Part shown: one piece after another, positions 61,905 through 64,000 of the stretch
Layout of the letters: every line of letters starts with the position of its first letter
How positions within the stretch are numbered: position 1 is the first letter of the stretch
Source of the DNA: Octopus vulgaris
Lineage: Eukaryota
Length of the DNA: 64,000 nucleotides
Assembly (NCBI GenBank): GCA_951406725.2
Contig: OX597837.1
Span: 19,034,001-19,098,000, forward strand
Direction of reading: 5' to 3'
Notes under the pieces: model-generated
What the model was told of the DNA's origin: nothing
The model's database searches: none
Seen by the model: the letters and a program-made list of their open reading frames with translations, nothing else
Translations under genes and position numbers: made by a program

Positions 61905-62357
61905 TAAGTCTTGGTATAAAAGATGGGCTACAGCAAATATTCTGCTCAATACTACAGATTTGCTTGTCAGTTGAGCATATCCCTTAGTGGCTGACGATAT
62001 GTGTATCTCTGATTACAAGCAGAAGTAGTGGGGGAGCATCATAGCCATGTGTTGAGAGGAATTCTTTGGGGTTTGAATATTTCACCTCTGGAAACATGGG
62101 TGTTTCGTTCAATATCCTTAAACAACCCTTATTCGGGGACCGTTTGAGCGGGATGGGCTACTCGACCAGAAGAAAATTCTAACTGGGCCCCACCTGCAAG
62201 GTTATGTGCTGTTTATCTTGATATGAGATCGCGCACATATGGTTGTGATGCATGTGCCTAGTATACCCTTATCAGACGGGTAGTCATGATGGGTATACTG
62301 GGCTTCGCATATTTTACCCCAGTGTCACTTTGATGGCATGCACTGCTCTCTCACTCA
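61905..62357 (+). mobile_element. Probable 3' UTR of another (TAA)n-targeting retroelement
   Basis: Bounded on both sides by (AAT)n; GC-richer than flanks; no ORF. Confidence 0.4.
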
Positions 62358-62369
62358 ATAATAATAATA

Positions 62370-62885
62370 AACTGAGAAAGTATAAAGATCTTGAAATAGA
62401 AATTGGCAAAATGTGGAACCTCAAGACTAAAACAATACTTGTTGTCATAGGTGCCCTAGGAATGATAGCAAAAGGGGCTGATTGCTACCTAGCTCAGATA
62501 TCAGGAAATCCCAAAATGGAAGAAATTCAAAAAATAGTGCTCATGGGAACCACCCATATCCTGTGTAAAATATTGTCTATGTAATCCTCAAAATATTTTA
62601 ATCCGTAAACAGTGTCAAAGTACTTTTAAATGTACATAACAGTAAACACCTTTTACTCTCATCTTAACATCAGACTATCATCTTAGAATCAAATTACTTT
62701 TAAAAAAGAAACTTCTAATTTATTTGTTTTGACAGATATTCTCTAGAACAATACTCTGTGCAAAACCAAATATATGGCACCCTAGTCATAACACCAACTT
62801 GAACTTCTAACTTGTTGTCTCTTGAGGTCTTTAGGTGAGACTTGGAATCAACTTGTACAAATACAAAGTAAAAGCCAAACATATA

Positions 62886-62886
<1 letters not shown>
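62370..62886 (+). mobile_element. R4/Dong-like non-LTR retrotransposon 3' fragment inserted in (TAA)n
   Basis: KLRKYKDLEIEIGKMWNLKTKTI.VVIGALGMI...EIQKIVLMGT.HIL.KILSM, C-terminus of restriction-like endonuclease ORF; begins in AAT repeat. Confidence 0.8.
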
Positions 62887-62943
<57 letters not shown>

Positions 62944-63305
62944 AGTTTTGTGTATGTGCGTGCGCGCGCGCGTATGTTCCTTATGCATTAAAAAACTGAG
63001 TTAACGATTTTGACGTATACGGTATCAAAAGATTCAATATTCTTTCGGCTACCAAAAAACTTTATTTTCATTTACATATTTTCTACGTTATCTCCACAAC
63101 CAGCTTTAGTTATTTGAATGACAGTGCTCTACAACGACCAGGGTTCATAAAAATTGAAAATCGTTTCACACTTTCCATTTTAACCAAAATTACAAAGTGT
63201 TGCATTACAGGAATGACGATGCGTAAATAATGAAAGTAATGTTTCTCCGAATTAGTCACAACTGTATTATGATAAAGAAAGCTACTTATCGTCTATCTTT
63301 ATATA

Positions 63306-64000
63306 TTGGGTCATCCCTTAAATAATGCAGGTTTTTCAATTGCATGAACTAAAAGTCGGAAGGGTACGGGATAAACTACCTGCATCAACTTGCCATAAAA
63401 GCAGGTAGTAATTTTATCTTGCACTTATTTTTTGTGCAAGTTTTGAAGAGTGCAGTTCGATTTTAACAGCTATTTTTTTCAAAGCTATAATGGAAGTGAC
63501 GAAGGAGCATATTCCGCATATTTTGCTTTCTGAATTCAATAAAGGCAACAACGCAACGGAAAGTGCGAGGAATATTAATGCAGTATATGAGATTGGACAA
63601 TAAGCGTAAACCAGTCTCAACAGTGGTTCCAGAAATTCTGAGCCGGAAACTACAGCCTAGAAGACGAGCCTCATCCTGGAAAATCTGTAGAGCTCGACAA
63701 GGACGTTCTGCAAACCCGTGGAAAAAAATTACACCATAACTGTTGAGGAACTAGCAGAGAAACTTGGATTTGGTAATTACACCAGTCATTTAAGTCAGCG
63801 CTTGAAGAAAAACGACCATCTTTGGTTTCAAGACGAAAGGTGTTCTTCCATCAGGATAATGTTCGGCCTCATACAGCGAGGATGACATTCCAAAGGCTGG
63901 AATGTTTGAATGGGAAACGATGTCCCATGCACCATATTCGCCAGACATTGCCCTATCTGCTTATCATTTATTCCACAGTCTTCAAAATCATTTGGACGAA
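63306..64000 (+). mobile_element. Second mariner copy of the same family (runs off window end)
   Basis: TA|ttgggtcatcc TIR; near-colinear with 18154-19005; FHQDNVRPHT and HAPYSPDIALS (YSPDL-like) motifs. Confidence 0.92.

Overview
AT-rich, repeat-dense animal DNA. The repeat families (tRNA-derived SINEs, RTE LINEs with (GAT)n tails, abundant (CA)/(TA) microsatellites) suggest an octopus/coleoid cephalopod genome; this is inference. One complete protein-coding gene can be assembled by hand on the minus strand: TSG101/Vps23 (ESCRT-I), 11 coding exons from 58074 down to 10380, all GT-AG with compatible phases, 1338 nt = 445 aa + stop, with a ~19.7 kb first intron. The rest is transposon-derived: three RTE LINE fragments plus many 3' tails, two mariner copies (one split by a TTAA piggyBac derivative), a hAT/Buster remnant, a Tigger-like element, TTAA MITEs, Helitron-like elements, an R4/Dong-like fragment in (TAA)n, and Penelope-like relics. 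The most unusual signals are: (i) several type-I hammerhead ribozyme motifs (two with intact cores, at 5533-5595 minus and 7411-7529 plus) in short ORF-less cassettes between (TA)n runs; (ii) a CpG-retaining island inside TSG101 intron 1 with a ~500-bp inverted repeat carrying mirrored NRF1/GC-box motifs; and (iii) a paired intronic versus intergenic mariner comparison that records gene-body CpG decay. Repeat boundaries are approximate; no database search was possible.
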